64,000 nt of DNA from a virus, in IMG/VR virus record IMGVR_UViG_3300046167_000888. One strand, written 5' to 3'. The translations under genes and the position numbers were made by a program. The notes under the pieces were generated by a model. That model was not told the origin of the DNA and ran no database searches. It was given only the letters and a program-made list of their open reading frames with translations. Positions 32,919-42,155 of the stretch are shown here, in pieces. Numbering within the stretch: the first letter of the stretch is position 1; each line of letters opens with the position of its first letter.

Positions 32919-33792
32919 ATGAAAAAAGTATTATTATTATTGGGGATTATTATTAACGGGATGCTCAACAACGTGGCATGTAAGTACCGTTGGTCATGAT
33001 CCCATTTATGATACAGTTTTAGAAGTACCTGCTGATGTACAAATAGATACATTAAATTACAGGCAACTACAATGGAAATTAAGAACTGATTTTCAATTTA
33101 GATATGATTTTGCTCAGTATGCTTTAAGTCAACCTAGATCATTTGATTGGAATAATCGTATTTTAGGTTACAATTATAATTGGAGTAATAGATATTGGAA
33201 TTACAATTACTATTGGAATCGAGATATGATGTGGCATGATTGGGTTTGGGGTTATCCATACTCAAATTGGAGATGGAACAGTTGGAATCATTGGAATAGA
33301 CCTTATTGGGGTTGGAATAACCATTATTATGGATGGAACAGTTGGGGTTGGAATAATTGGGGTTGGAGACAAGAAATGAACGATTATGCTTGGCATAATA
33401 GAAATAGATCCAATACAGCCTACATTAATGGTAGAAGAGGTTCTAATAATATAGAAAATAGAGTTATTGTTAATAGAAACAAACCAAGAGTTAATGTTGA
33501 TCAAAACAATGTTGACATAATTGCCAATGAAATACGTAGAAGAGTAAATAACAAACCACGAGTTTATAATAATCCAAATAATCCTAACATAAACAATAAT
33601 AGCAGACCTCGAGTTAATAATAACTCTAAACCTGTTAGAGGATATGGTAGACCAGAAATAAACAATTCATCTTCTCCTCGTATTTATAACAGACCACCAA
33701 CGAGTACTAATAACTCTACTGTGAGGCCTTCAAGCAATATAAGTAGAGGTAGCAGTAGTTCAAGAGGAGGTGACCTTAACAAAAGAAATTAA
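32919..33792 (+). CDS. Lipoprotein with W/N/Y-rich and R/N/S-rich low-complexity regions (apparent +1 G near 32943)
   Basis: Removing one G gives MKKVLLLLGLLLTG-CSTTWH..., in frame with ORF 33226..33792. Confidence 0.65.
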
Positions 33793-33816
33793 TATTTATA
33801 AATAAAAATATACATA

Positions 33817-34728
33817 ATGGACAACTTTGACTTAAAAAAATACCTAGCTGAAGGAAGAATCAACCAAGATTCTCAAGAGCTTAACGAGAAAAAACAAGAC
33901 TCTAAAAAAGGTAATAAGGAAGAACAAAAAAGAATGGAAGGCGCTATTAGAGATAATAGAGATCACGTTAAATCTTTAGAAAAAGATATTAAAGCCGACC
34001 AGAAAAAACTTAAAAAACTAAAAGCCGACGAACCTAAAGATGTTAACGAATCTGAAGTAACAGAAGATCGTGCAGCATCAGCAGCAAGAGGATTAGAAAA
34101 CATCATTGACTTTATAACAAAAAATGCTGATAAAGGTAAAGATTGGTGGAAGAAAAATATTTCAAAAAATATTGAAATAGGATCTATGTTACAACAAATG
34201 AAAGAAATAGAAGTAGAAGAAGGATATGGCAAGCCAATGTATGATGAAGATGATACTAAGCCTATGAAAGAAGATGAAAGAACTGATGCTGAAGAAGAAG
34301 GATATGAAGATGGATTCAAAGATGCTAAAAAAGATATGAAAGATGCTATGAGCAAAATGAAAATTTCTGAGCTTAAAGCAAAAATTAGAGAAGATATCTT
34401 AGCTACACTAGCTGAAGCTGATGAAGTAACTGAAGCAGAAGAAGATGTTGATGTTGATATTGACGATGAAGTAGAAGCAGACGTTAATGTAGATGTTAAA
34501 GATACAGTAGATGTAGATGCTGAAGGAGACGAAATTGATATTGTAAAACCAGCTGTTAAAGCAAAAGTAGAAGTTGGTTTATCTCCAGAAGAAGAAATAG
34601 TACAAGATTCTTTAAAAGCTGCAATGGATGCCGCTGATGCCATAGGAAACGATAAATTAGCTGATCAGATTGGAAATACAATTACATTTTTCACTAGAGA
34701 ATATGTAGTTGGAAGAAACACTGATTAA
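33817..34728 (+). CDS. Putative internal head protein with MDNFDLKKYLAEG leader
   Basis: Late motif at 33792; acidic; shares EDxRTDAEEEGYEDG with the scaffold protein. Confidence 0.6.
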   Translation: MDNFDLKKYLAEGRINQDSQELNEKKQDSKKGNKEEQKRMEGAIRDNRDHVKSLEKDIKADQKKLKKLKADEPKDVNESEVTEDRAASAARGLENIIDFITKNADKGKDWWKKNISKNIEIGSMLQQMKEIEVEEGYGKPMYDEDDTKPMKEDERTDAEEEGYEDGFKDAKKDMKDAMSKMKISELKAKIREDILATLAEADEVTEAEEDVDVDIDDEVEADVNVDVKDTVDVDAEGDEIDIVKPAVKAKVEVGLSPEEEIVQDSLKAAMDAADAIGNDKLADQIGNTITFFTREYVVGRNTD

Positions 34729-34731
34729 CAC

Positions 34732-36235
34732 ATGCTTAACGAGCGCAAACTTACGGAGAGAGAACTAGACCATCGCGAAGTTGTCCTTCAAAATTTGTTG
34801 AAAAACAAAAGGAACCTAGTCAAACGATATGGTAAGGATGCGGAAAAGGTTATGTATGGAATAGCAACTAAAAAGGCTAAAAGTAAAATCGAAGGCATGA
34901 ATAAAGAGAAAATCAAAGAACTTATTAGAACACAACTAGAAGGGATAGACTCTTCTCCTAGGTCTAACACAGATGATATCGATGCTAACAAATCATATTC
35001 AGGTGGTGCTGATTATGGTTCTGAAGTTTCAGCTACCTCAGCTGAAGATAGCGTTGAACAAGGAGAAACTCAACCATTACACTATAGTTTAGAAGAAGGC
35101 CATGGTTTAGACCAAGGTGATATTGATGTATTAAAATATATGATATCACAACTTAAATCAGGAGGTGATTTATCTATGGATGTAGGTGCTAGAAAAAAAA
35201 TGGATTAAAGTTTTAACTTTCCTTATTAAATCTAACATAATACAAGACAAAACAAAAGATTTATCTAAAGATAAAATTGAAGAAGAAAACATTAGTTTAG
35301 ATGAAGTAGGATATAATGATGGAGAACAAGCAGTTGCTATGCACTTCAATCAAGATGTAGTTGGTATTAATAATGAATCTGATTTTAAACAATATAAAAA
35401 AGGATTTATTCAAGCTGTTGTTGACGAAACACAATCATATGCCTTAGAAGAAATGGATGTAAATGATCCAGTTCTAATGAAATTAAGAGCTGCAGCAGCA
35501 AAAAAAGATAGACAAGAAAAAGCTAAAAGTAGAATTAGCTATGAAGATGCTATGGATTTAAGATTAACGTTATCTCAATTAGAAGATTCTAGAGATAGGT
35601 TAGTTAGAGATATGGAACAAGAAGCTGAACCAGAAGGAGGGCCGATTGCAGATAGATATGGTGATGAATTAAATAAATTAGAAGATCGTATAGATTCAAT
35701 TAGAAAAAAGATTAACGATTACGATATGAATGAATCAGCAGTTACTGAATCTAAAGGTGCTAAAAATTATTTTGACGATTTAAAATTTAATTACCAAAAA
35801 GCATTTAGATACTTAGATGCAGATGAAAAAGAAGAATATAAGCAATTAGCTAAAAATTACTTTTCTCAATTAAAAGAGGGTTTAGATGAAAAAATATCTT
35901 CTCTAGTTAAAGAAAAACTAACAAAATCATCATCAGTAGAAGATCACATTGAAGATTTTAAAGATTCAGACGCACCTCAATTTAAAGGTAAATCATTAAA
36001 GAAAATTAAGCAAATGGCTTTAGCATCATTTTTATCAAAACAAGGTAAAAAAAAGGTAGCTGAAGGGTTTAAAGTAGGCCAAGAAGTAGAATATCTAGGA
36101 CATCCAGGTGTAATTACTTTAGTTGATAAAGATGTAATGGATAGAGTTTTCTATAATGTATCTTATGATAAAGGTAATGGTAAAACTAAAGTATCAAATA
36201 TCTATAACAAAGGTGGTGAAATAAAAGCGGTATAA
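34732..36235 (+). CDS. Modular putative internal head protein (apparent +1 A in A8 run near 35195)
   Basis: ORFs 34732..35208 and 35186..36235 join after removing one A; many [LIVM]-x-E junctions; DFKDSDAPQFKGKS module. Confidence 0.55.
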
Positions 36236-36237
36236 CA

Positions 36238-36699
36238 ATGACTAAAGCAGAATTAAGAGAAAAAATTAGAGCTCTAGCATTACAAGTTGTTGGGGAAAAA
36301 AGCAAAGCAGAAGATGCTGCTTTAGCTTATGACGAATTAACTAAATTCCCTGAATTAAAAGATATTATTGTTAATTTATTAACACATGAGTTTGATTCAT
36401 TTTTAGAGGATATTGAATGGGTAGCTCCTAAACCTACAACATTCAGAATCGTTCTACTAAACGGACAATATTTTTTATTAACGTTTAGTCCTAGAAGTTG
36501 GATTGCAACAATAGAAGGTAAAAAATATTATTTACTAAATCTTGATGAAGAAGAGTATGCTTGTCAAGCAATTGCTCGTATATTACAGTATGGACCTAAA
36601 TCAGGAGCTGATGCAAGTGCAGACGCAGATGCTGATGCCGGTGCTGATGATGTAGAAGTTGAAGATGAAGTAGATGTTAACGTTGATGTAGACGCATAA
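36238..36699 (+). CDS. Hypothetical protein with acidic tail
   Basis: 153 aa; PKPTTFRI core; C-terminal DDVEVEDEVDVNVDVDA. Confidence 0.6.
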   Translation: MTKAELREKIRALALQVVGEKSKAEDAALAYDELTKFPELKDIIVNLLTHEFDSFLEDIEWVAPKPTTFRIVLLNGQYFLLTFSPRSWIATIEGKKYYLLNLDEEEYACQAIARILQYGPKSGADASADADADAGADDVEVEDEVDVNVDVDA

Positions 36700-36700
36700 A

Positions 36701-37915
36701 ATGGATATAGTAGAAAAAATCATAAGAGACAACTGTTGGAAATTTGATAAGGGGTATCCTGATAGTCAAGAGGATATTAATTATCTTAAATCTTTAATTG
36801 AACAACAATACAGTTTATTTTCAGATGAAGAACTTGCTGCTATGGTTACAAAGGATGTTGGTATTGAAGATGAGGACTTTGATACAGAAAAAGAATTAAG
36901 GTCGATATTAGATAAAGCAGATAGAAGAGTTAAAGAAAAATATAAATTTAATGATCCTGAAATGTTTAACAAAATAGTTAATGGGATTATGAATGCTAGA
37001 CTACAACCAGAACTATTAGACCTTTTAAGAAGAAAAGGATATAACAAAATTATTTTAGATAGATATGCAACTGAATTAGCTTCAGTTTTTAATTCAGTAG
37101 CAGATAAAGATAGAGATAAATTTATTAACTACATAACTTCAGATAATCAAAAATCTTTTGCTAAACAACCAGTGGGAAATATAAAAGATGAAATCAAAGC
37201 TACTGGTATGAATTTTGAAGATGATACTGTTCTTGATAACTTAGTAAAATTTACTACTCAAGATGAAAAAAAATTAGGAGTAGGTGCAGGGGAATTAGCA
37301 TTAGCTATGTTATTTGATAATGTGGGGGCAGCTAAAAATAAAGGTGATTTAACTTTAGATAATGGAGAATTTGAAATTAAGGGATATAATGCTAAATTAG
37401 GGAGAGATCCATCTGCTTATAAAGTTAATGTTGATGATGTTGCCAAACTAGGTATTAAAAGAGTAGATGGAAAACGTGGTACTAAAAACTTTACCAAAAT
37501 GTTTGTAGGGGATAGGGAATATAGCTTAAATAGATTTCCCGACTTGCTTGAAGCATTATATGAAAAAGCTGAAGATAAAGATCAATTTAAACAAGATGTA
37601 TTTGATTTACTTACTGCTGACCCAGGTCCTGCACTCCCTGCCGAAGCTGTAAAATACAGATTAGATAAAACAGATTTTACAAATGCTAATAATATACAAA
37701 AAAATATAGGCTTAATGAATTTTATTCGTTATGCTCAAGAAGAAAAATTCCCTCATTTTTTAGTACATGATATGGGACAAAAAGGTGCTTCAAATACTGG
37801 TGAATATGTATACGTGTCGGGAGATGCTAAATCTATGTCTGATCAATTATTTAAGTCTCCGGCTTATTTTCAAGATATTGGTTTAAATAATGTTAACCCT
37901 AGAATAAGATTATAA
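36701..37915 (+). CDS. Hypothetical protein with possible PD-(D/E)xK nuclease-like core
   Basis: GVGAGELAL...KGDLTLDNGEFEIKG. Confidence 0.45.
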   Translation: MDIVEKIIRDNCWKFDKGYPDSQEDINYLKSLIEQQYSLFSDEELAAMVTKDVGIEDEDFDTEKELRSILDKADRRVKEKYKFNDPEMFNKIVNGIMNARLQPELLDLLRRKGYNKIILDRYATELASVFNSVADKDRDKFINYITSDNQKSFAKQPVGNIKDEIKATGMNFEDDTVLDNLVKFTTQDEKKLGVGAGELALAMLFDNVGAAKNKGDLTLDNGEFEIKGYNAKLGRDPSAYKVNVDDVAKLGIKRVDGKRGTKNFTKMFVGDREYSLNRFPDLLEALYEKAEDKDQFKQDVFDLLTADPGPALPAEAVKYRLDKTDFTNANNIQKNIGLMNFIRYAQEEKFPHFLVHDMGQKGASNTGEYVYVSGDAKSMSDQLFKSPAYFQDIGLNNVNPRIRL

Positions 37916-37916
37916 T

Positions 37917-38549
37917 ATGTGTAAAAAATGTGGATGTAATACTTGTGAAGTAAAAATAAGAGGACCACTCTTAACAGAAAATAAAGTTAAATCTTTATTA
38001 TCTGAAAACTTATCTTATCATATTGATAATAACATTTCATTAATGGAAAATGTATTCAGAATTGGTTCTGATGCTCATTTATCTATGATTAAAGAAGCAA
38101 GAAAATTATATTCACGTGGCGTACTTGATTTATGTGAAGAAGATGAAGGGTTAATGGAAACACATTTAGGTGAATTTGATTTATTTGAAAATGAAATTGT
38201 ACCTTTAGATTTACCTATGATCGATCTAAATGAAGATGAGCAATTAGACGAAAAGAAAAAGGCTAAGAAAAAGAAAAAAGATCCACCAATTGGAAAACCA
38301 AAACGTGGTGGTTCAAAAGCATATTACGTTTATGTAAGAGATCCTAAAACTAAAAGAATTAAAAAAGTATCATTTGGATCAGGTGGTTTAAGAGCTAAAA
38401 TTAGAAATCCTAAAGCACGTAAAGCATTTGCTGCTAGACATAAATGCTCTCAAAAAACAGATAGAACAAAACCATCATATTGGTCTTGTAGATTACCTAG
38501 GTACGCAAGTCAATTAGGTTTAGGTGCTAATATGAATACATTTTGGTAA
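37917..38549 (+). CDS. Hypothetical protein with Cys-rich N-terminus and highly basic C-terminal module
   Basis: MCKKCGCNTC...; after QLDE: KKKAKKKKKDPPIGKPKRGGSKAYYVYV...FAARHKC...YWSC. Confidence 0.6.
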   Translation: MCKKCGCNTCEVKIRGPLLTENKVKSLLSENLSYHIDNNISLMENVFRIGSDAHLSMIKEARKLYSRGVLDLCEEDEGLMETHLGEFDLFENEIVPLDLPMIDLNEDEQLDEKKKAKKKKKDPPIGKPKRGGSKAYYVYVRDPKTKRIKKVSFGSGGLRAKIRNPKARKAFAARHKCSQKTDRTKPSYWSCRLPRYASQLGLGANMNTFW

Positions 38550-38550
38550 A

Positions 38551-39105
38551 ATGAACGAATTAAAAGTAAAAAAAACAATGGATGACGTTCTTGAACCTAA
38601 ACAGTTCAATGATCGTCAATCTTATCCTCAAAAGGAAACAGCAGCTATGCGAGCTCCAGGTACTGGAGAAGATGCAGAAGCAAGAGCACCTTACTATATT
38701 CGTTACATGAAAACCTTAGATGAGGTACTTACTGAAAAAAAGAAAAGAGACAGATGTCTTAGAATAGCAGATAGAAAATTTGATAAACCTTCAGCATACA
38801 AATCAGGTGCTGTAGTAAGATGTCGTAAAGGCGATATTTGGAAAGGTGTAAAAGAAGCGGTTGTTAATCAATTAACTGAAGATGAATCATTACGTAAATG
38901 GTTTAAACGTTCAGGTCCCTCAGGTAAAGAAGGTGGATGGGTTGACTGTAATACAGGAAGAAAAGACCCTAAAACAGGAAAAATGAAGTACAAAGCTTGT
39001 GGGAGAAAAAAAGGAGAAAAAAGAGCAAAATACCCGTCTTGTAGACCTACACCTGGAAAATGTAAAGATAAAGGAAAAGGAAAAAAATGGGGAAAAACGA
39101 AATAA
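38551..39105 (+). CDS. Hypothetical protein with two basic Cys-containing modules
   Basis: VLTE|KKKRDRC...SAYKSGAVVRCRKG and QLTE|DESLRKWF...WVDCN...YPSCRP. Confidence 0.6.
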   Translation: MNELKVKKTMDDVLEPKQFNDRQSYPQKETAAMRAPGTGEDAEARAPYYIRYMKTLDEVLTEKKKRDRCLRIADRKFDKPSAYKSGAVVRCRKGDIWKGVKEAVVNQLTEDESLRKWFKRSGPSGKEGGWVDCNTGRKDPKTGKMKYKACGRKKGEKRAKYPSCRPTPGKCKDKGKGKKWGKTK

Positions 39106-39350
39106 ATCCTTATCTTGATAAGGGTAATATAAGAACATTTTCTAAAGATGTTGATCCGATGGAATTGGTTTGGCATCAAGATGATGAAGATAGAAAAATA
39201 GAAATCCTTGAAGGCGAAGGATGGTGTATTCAACGAGATAATATGCTACCAAGATCGATGAAGAAAGGAGAAACCATATTTATAACCAAAGGTGAAGTAC
39301 ACCGAATATTAAAAGGCACAACTGATTTAAAAATAAAAATAAATGGATAA
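39087..39350 (+). CDS. Small cupin-like protein
   Basis: ELVWHQD..DR, IFITKGEVHRILKG. Confidence 0.55.
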   Translation: MGKNEINPYLDKGNIRTFSKDVDPMELVWHQDDEDRKIEILEGEGWCIQRDNMLPRSMKKGETIFITKGEVHRILKGTTDLKIKING

Positions 39351-39759
39351 CTTCGATTTAAGAAAATATTTAGCTGAAGGTAAGCTCTTTGAACAAGATA
39401 GATATAAAAAAGTAGAGGACGATGCACAAGATGGTACCTTTTATGTTTCCGGATATGATATGGAAAATGAAAGAGATATCGATGATTATTTTGTTGATCT
39501 AAATTATGGTAAATATAAATCTGCTACTCAAGAATTATTAGACCTTGCTATGGAACAAGGACACGCGTATGAAAGTATAGAAGATTATTACGAATATGTT
39601 GAAGGATTTGAAAATGATCTAAAAGATTATGCTGAAGGTGAAGAAGTACCTGATTGGAAGATGAATGATCTAGCTATGCGTTTTGGAGATGATTATAGTC
39701 AATTTTATGGTGAAGAAGAAGATGAAGACTATGAAGAAGAAGAATATGAAGATTATTAA
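39343..39759 (+). CDS. Leader-tagged acidic protein 1 (putative internal/ejected protein)
   Basis: MDNFDLRKYLAEG leader; about one third Asp/Glu, Tyr-rich. Confidence 0.7.
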   Translation: MDNFDLRKYLAEGKLFEQDRYKKVEDDAQDGTFYVSGYDMENERDIDDYFVDLNYGKYKSATQELLDLAMEQGHAYESIEDYYEYVEGFENDLKDYAEGEEVPDWKMNDLAMRFGDDYSQFYGEEEDEDYEEEEYEDY

Positions 39760-39771
39760 AAATAAAAAACA

Positions 39772-40068
39772 ATGGATAACTTTGATTTAAGAAAATATTT
39801 AGCTGAAGGTCGCTTATTAAAAGAAGAAGTAGACTATGAAATCGAACTTTTAGTTCCAAAAGTAGCCTTTGATGTAGAATCAGGTGAACTAGCAGATTCT
39901 CCTTATGCATTTGCTACTGCAGATGAAATTGAAAGCGGTGAAGCTGATGTTACTACTTATACTGATGGAGATGAATTAGATGAGTGGGTTTTTGACCGTA
40001 GCTACGAGAACGCTAAACGCTTTGAAAAAGAACACCCAGGTTTATTTAAAATAAAAACAAATGGATAA
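39772..40068 (+). CDS. Leader-tagged acidic protein 2
   Basis: MDNFDLRKYLAEGRLLKEE plus an unrelated acidic payload. Confidence 0.7.
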   Translation: MDNFDLRKYLAEGRLLKEEVDYEIELLVPKVAFDVESGELADSPYAFATADEIESGEADVTTYTDGDELDEWVFDRSYENAKRFEKEHPGLFKIKTNG

Positions 40069-40327
40069 TTTTGATTTAAGAAAATATTTAGCTGAAGGTA
40101 AGCTATTAAAAGAAGATTATGATAAAGAATCACTTATTAAAGCTTTAGGAGATAATGATGATGCTTTTATTCAATTAGGAGATGGAAGAGAGTTTATAGT
40201 ATACAACCCAAACTCTAATAATGATGATAATGCAGATATGTGGGATGATTATTCTGTATTTGCATTAGACCAAGATGGAGAAGAACACGAAATATTATAC
40301 TCAGATATAGCAGGAATTAATATATAA
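40061..40327 (+). CDS. Leader-tagged acidic protein 3
   Basis: MDNFDLRKYLAEGKLLKED plus an unrelated acidic payload. Confidence 0.7.
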   Translation: MDNFDLRKYLAEGKLLKEDYDKESLIKALGDNDDAFIQLGDGREFIVYNPNSNNDDNADMWDDYSVFALDQDGEEHEILYSDIAGINI

Positions 40328-40337
40328 ATAAAAATAA

Positions 40338-40403
40338 ATGAAATGTAATTGTAAAGTATGTAATTGTGGAGCATCATGTGATTGTACATGCTGTAATTGC
40401 TAA
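40338..40403 (+). CDS. 21-aa metallothionein-like Cys-rich micropeptide (not in ORF track)
   Basis: MKCNCKVCNCGASCDCTCCNC: 9 Cys in CxC/CC pattern; same AAATAAAAATAAATG start context as neighbouring genes. Confidence 0.65.
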   Translation: MKCNCKVCNCGASCDCTCCNC

Positions 40404-40464
40404 AATAAACAACATATAGACTGATTCATAGCCAGTCGAGATTAAAAAGAAAAATAGACATCTG

Positions 40465-40492
40465 TGGCGTCTCCCTAGGAGACGCCATTTCT
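40465..40492 (+). terminator. Perfect 10-bp hairpin (terminator-like) overlapping a promoter
   Basis: tggcgtctcc-cta-ggagacgcca then tttct. Confidence 0.6.
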
Positions 40493-40529
40493 AGTTCGTA
40501 TATTCACGTGTTAAAATGATAATAAAAAT

Positions 40530-41876
40530 ATGAGTAAAAGTGTAGTAATGATTGGAGCAGGTGTAGCAAATGTAAATGCTGCTACTAAGCTAATTGACAA
40601 TGGTTTTAAGGGTAAAATTACCATTATTGATATGGGTAAAGATCCATATTTAAGACCTTATGAAGAAGTAATGACAGGTTTCCTAGGAGCAGGAGGTTGG
40701 TCTGATGGTAAATTAACTTATCATACTTCCATTGGAGGACAATTATCTAAATATTGTGGTGAAGAAAAAGCAATGGAATTATTTGATCAAGTAATTAATA
40801 ATTTTAAACGATTCCATCCTAAACCAGAAGAAGTACAATGCTCTAACCCTGTAGCTGAGCCCGATTTTATTAAACCATATTTTGGATTAAGACTATTCCC
40901 AGTATGGCACGTTGGTACAGATTATCTACATGAAATAGGTAAAAATTGGTATGACTTTTTAGTTCAAGGTGGTGTTGAATTTCTATGGGAAACTAAAGTT
41001 ACAGATATTGATTTTGATAATAGTAAAGTATACTACCCTAAAGTAGCAGAAACAGATAGTGCTGGGTTACCTGATGATTTACAATGGGTAAATATGGAAA
41101 CATTAGAATATGATGAACTTATTTTTGGTGTAGGTAAATCAGGAATTGATTTTGGTAAACAATTAGCTGAAAAGTATGATTTACCAACTGAACCAAAACC
41201 AGTACAAATTGGTGTTCGGTTTGAAGCGCCACAAAAACACTTTCAAAAATTAATTGATGTAAGCTATGATTTCAAATTGTATCGTAAATTCGAAGACAAA
41301 GGAGTATCATTACGTTCATTCTGTACAAACAACAACGCAGCTTATGTTGCCGTTGAGGAAACGTATGGAGATCATTCGTACAATGGACACGCTAAAAAAG
41401 ACGAAGCATTTAGGAACGATATGACCAATTTTGGTATTCTAATGGAAGTTAGAGGTATTGATAAACCATTTGAATGGTCTAGAGATGTAGTAAATAAATT
41501 ACAAAAAGATGGTACTGGATTATATTATAGTCCAAGTAGAAAACCATCTCAAACATCAGAAGGAATAGATGTATCAGCTATCCAAGTAGATACATTACAT
41601 AAAATATCAAAAGCAATGCAACCATACTTTATGTATGTATATGATTTTATTGAAGACATGAAAAAAGTATTCCCAACACTTAAAGATGATTGGGGTATTT
41701 ATGTGCCTGAAGTAAAATACTTATCACCTGAACCACTTGTCGATTATTCCGATTTAGCTCTTACTAAGTATCCTAACGTCCACTTTGTTGGTGATGCTCT
41801 TTCCGCTAGAGGTATAACGGTAAGTGGTGCACAAGGTACTTATGTTGCTGAAAGTTTACTAGGAAAACTAAAATAA
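40530..41876 (+). CDS. FAD-dependent oxidoreductase (uncharacterised FAD-dependent dehydrogenase type)
   Basis: VMIGAGVA Rossmann motif, GFLGAGGWSDGKL, IGVRFE, RSFCTN, VHFVGDA. Confidence 0.8.
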   Translation: MSKSVVMIGAGVANVNAATKLIDNGFKGKITIIDMGKDPYLRPYEEVMTGFLGAGGWSDGKLTYHTSIGGQLSKYCGEEKAMELFDQVINNFKRFHPKPEEVQCSNPVAEPDFIKPYFGLRLFPVWHVGTDYLHEIGKNWYDFLVQGGVEFLWETKVTDIDFDNSKVYYPKVAETDSAGLPDDLQWVNMETLEYDELIFGVGKSGIDFGKQLAEKYDLPTEPKPVQIGVRFEAPQKHFQKLIDVSYDFKLYRKFEDKGVSLRSFCTNNNAAYVAVEETYGDHSYNGHAKKDEAFRNDMTNFGILMEVRGIDKPFEWSRDVVNKLQKDGTGLYYSPSRKPSQTSEGIDVSAIQVDTLHKISKAMQPYFMYVYDFIEDMKKVFPTLKDDWGIYVPEVKYLSPEPLVDYSDLALTKYPNVHFVGDALSARGITVSGAQGTYVAESLLGKLK

Positions 41877-41888
41877 ATTTCGTATATT

Positions 41889-42152
41889 ATGGGCATGAAA
41901 AATAAAGAAAACGAGTGGCCAAAGAGCCAAAGATTGAAAAAAGCAGATGGTACTGTAGCATATATTTGGGATAATAAACTTCACAATTGGGAAGGTCCAG
42001 CACTAATACCAGAAGGAAATGAAAAGAAAGCTGAGTATTATCTTTATGGTATTCCATATACAAAAGAAGATCATAAAGAAGCGATTAGAAATCAAACGGG
42101 GTTGCCTTGGTATAAACAACCAGCACCTAAAGGACAAAATCATAGAAATTAA
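41889..42152 (+). CDS. Hypothetical protein
   Basis: KLHNWEGPALI...EYYLYG motif. Confidence 0.6.
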   Translation: MGMKNKENEWPKSQRLKKADGTVAYIWDNKLHNWEGPALIPEGNEKKAEYYLYGIPYTKEDHKEAIRNQTGLPWYKQPAPKGQNHRN

Positions 42153-42155
42153 AAT

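Larger units (their letters stand above)
39326..40099 (+). repeat. Three tandem ~55-nt direct repeats (A-rich leader plus the first 13 codons, MDNFDLRKYLAEG)
   Basis: Coding parts 39343-39381, 39772-39810 and 40061-40099 differ only at two synonymous sites; each preceded by TTAAAA(A)TAAAAA..AA; diverged copy at 33817-33855. Confidence 0.9.

Noticed and set aside
33963-34643. 226-aa Ser-rich minus-strand ORF (and similar ones at 52029 and 61192)
   Set aside because: Antisense shadows of Glu/Asp-rich or Ala-rich plus-strand genes.
39326-40099. Direct repeats as a CRISPR array
   Set aside because: Repeats are protein-coding gene starts spaced 429 and 289 nt apart, with whole ORFs between them; no cas operon nearby.
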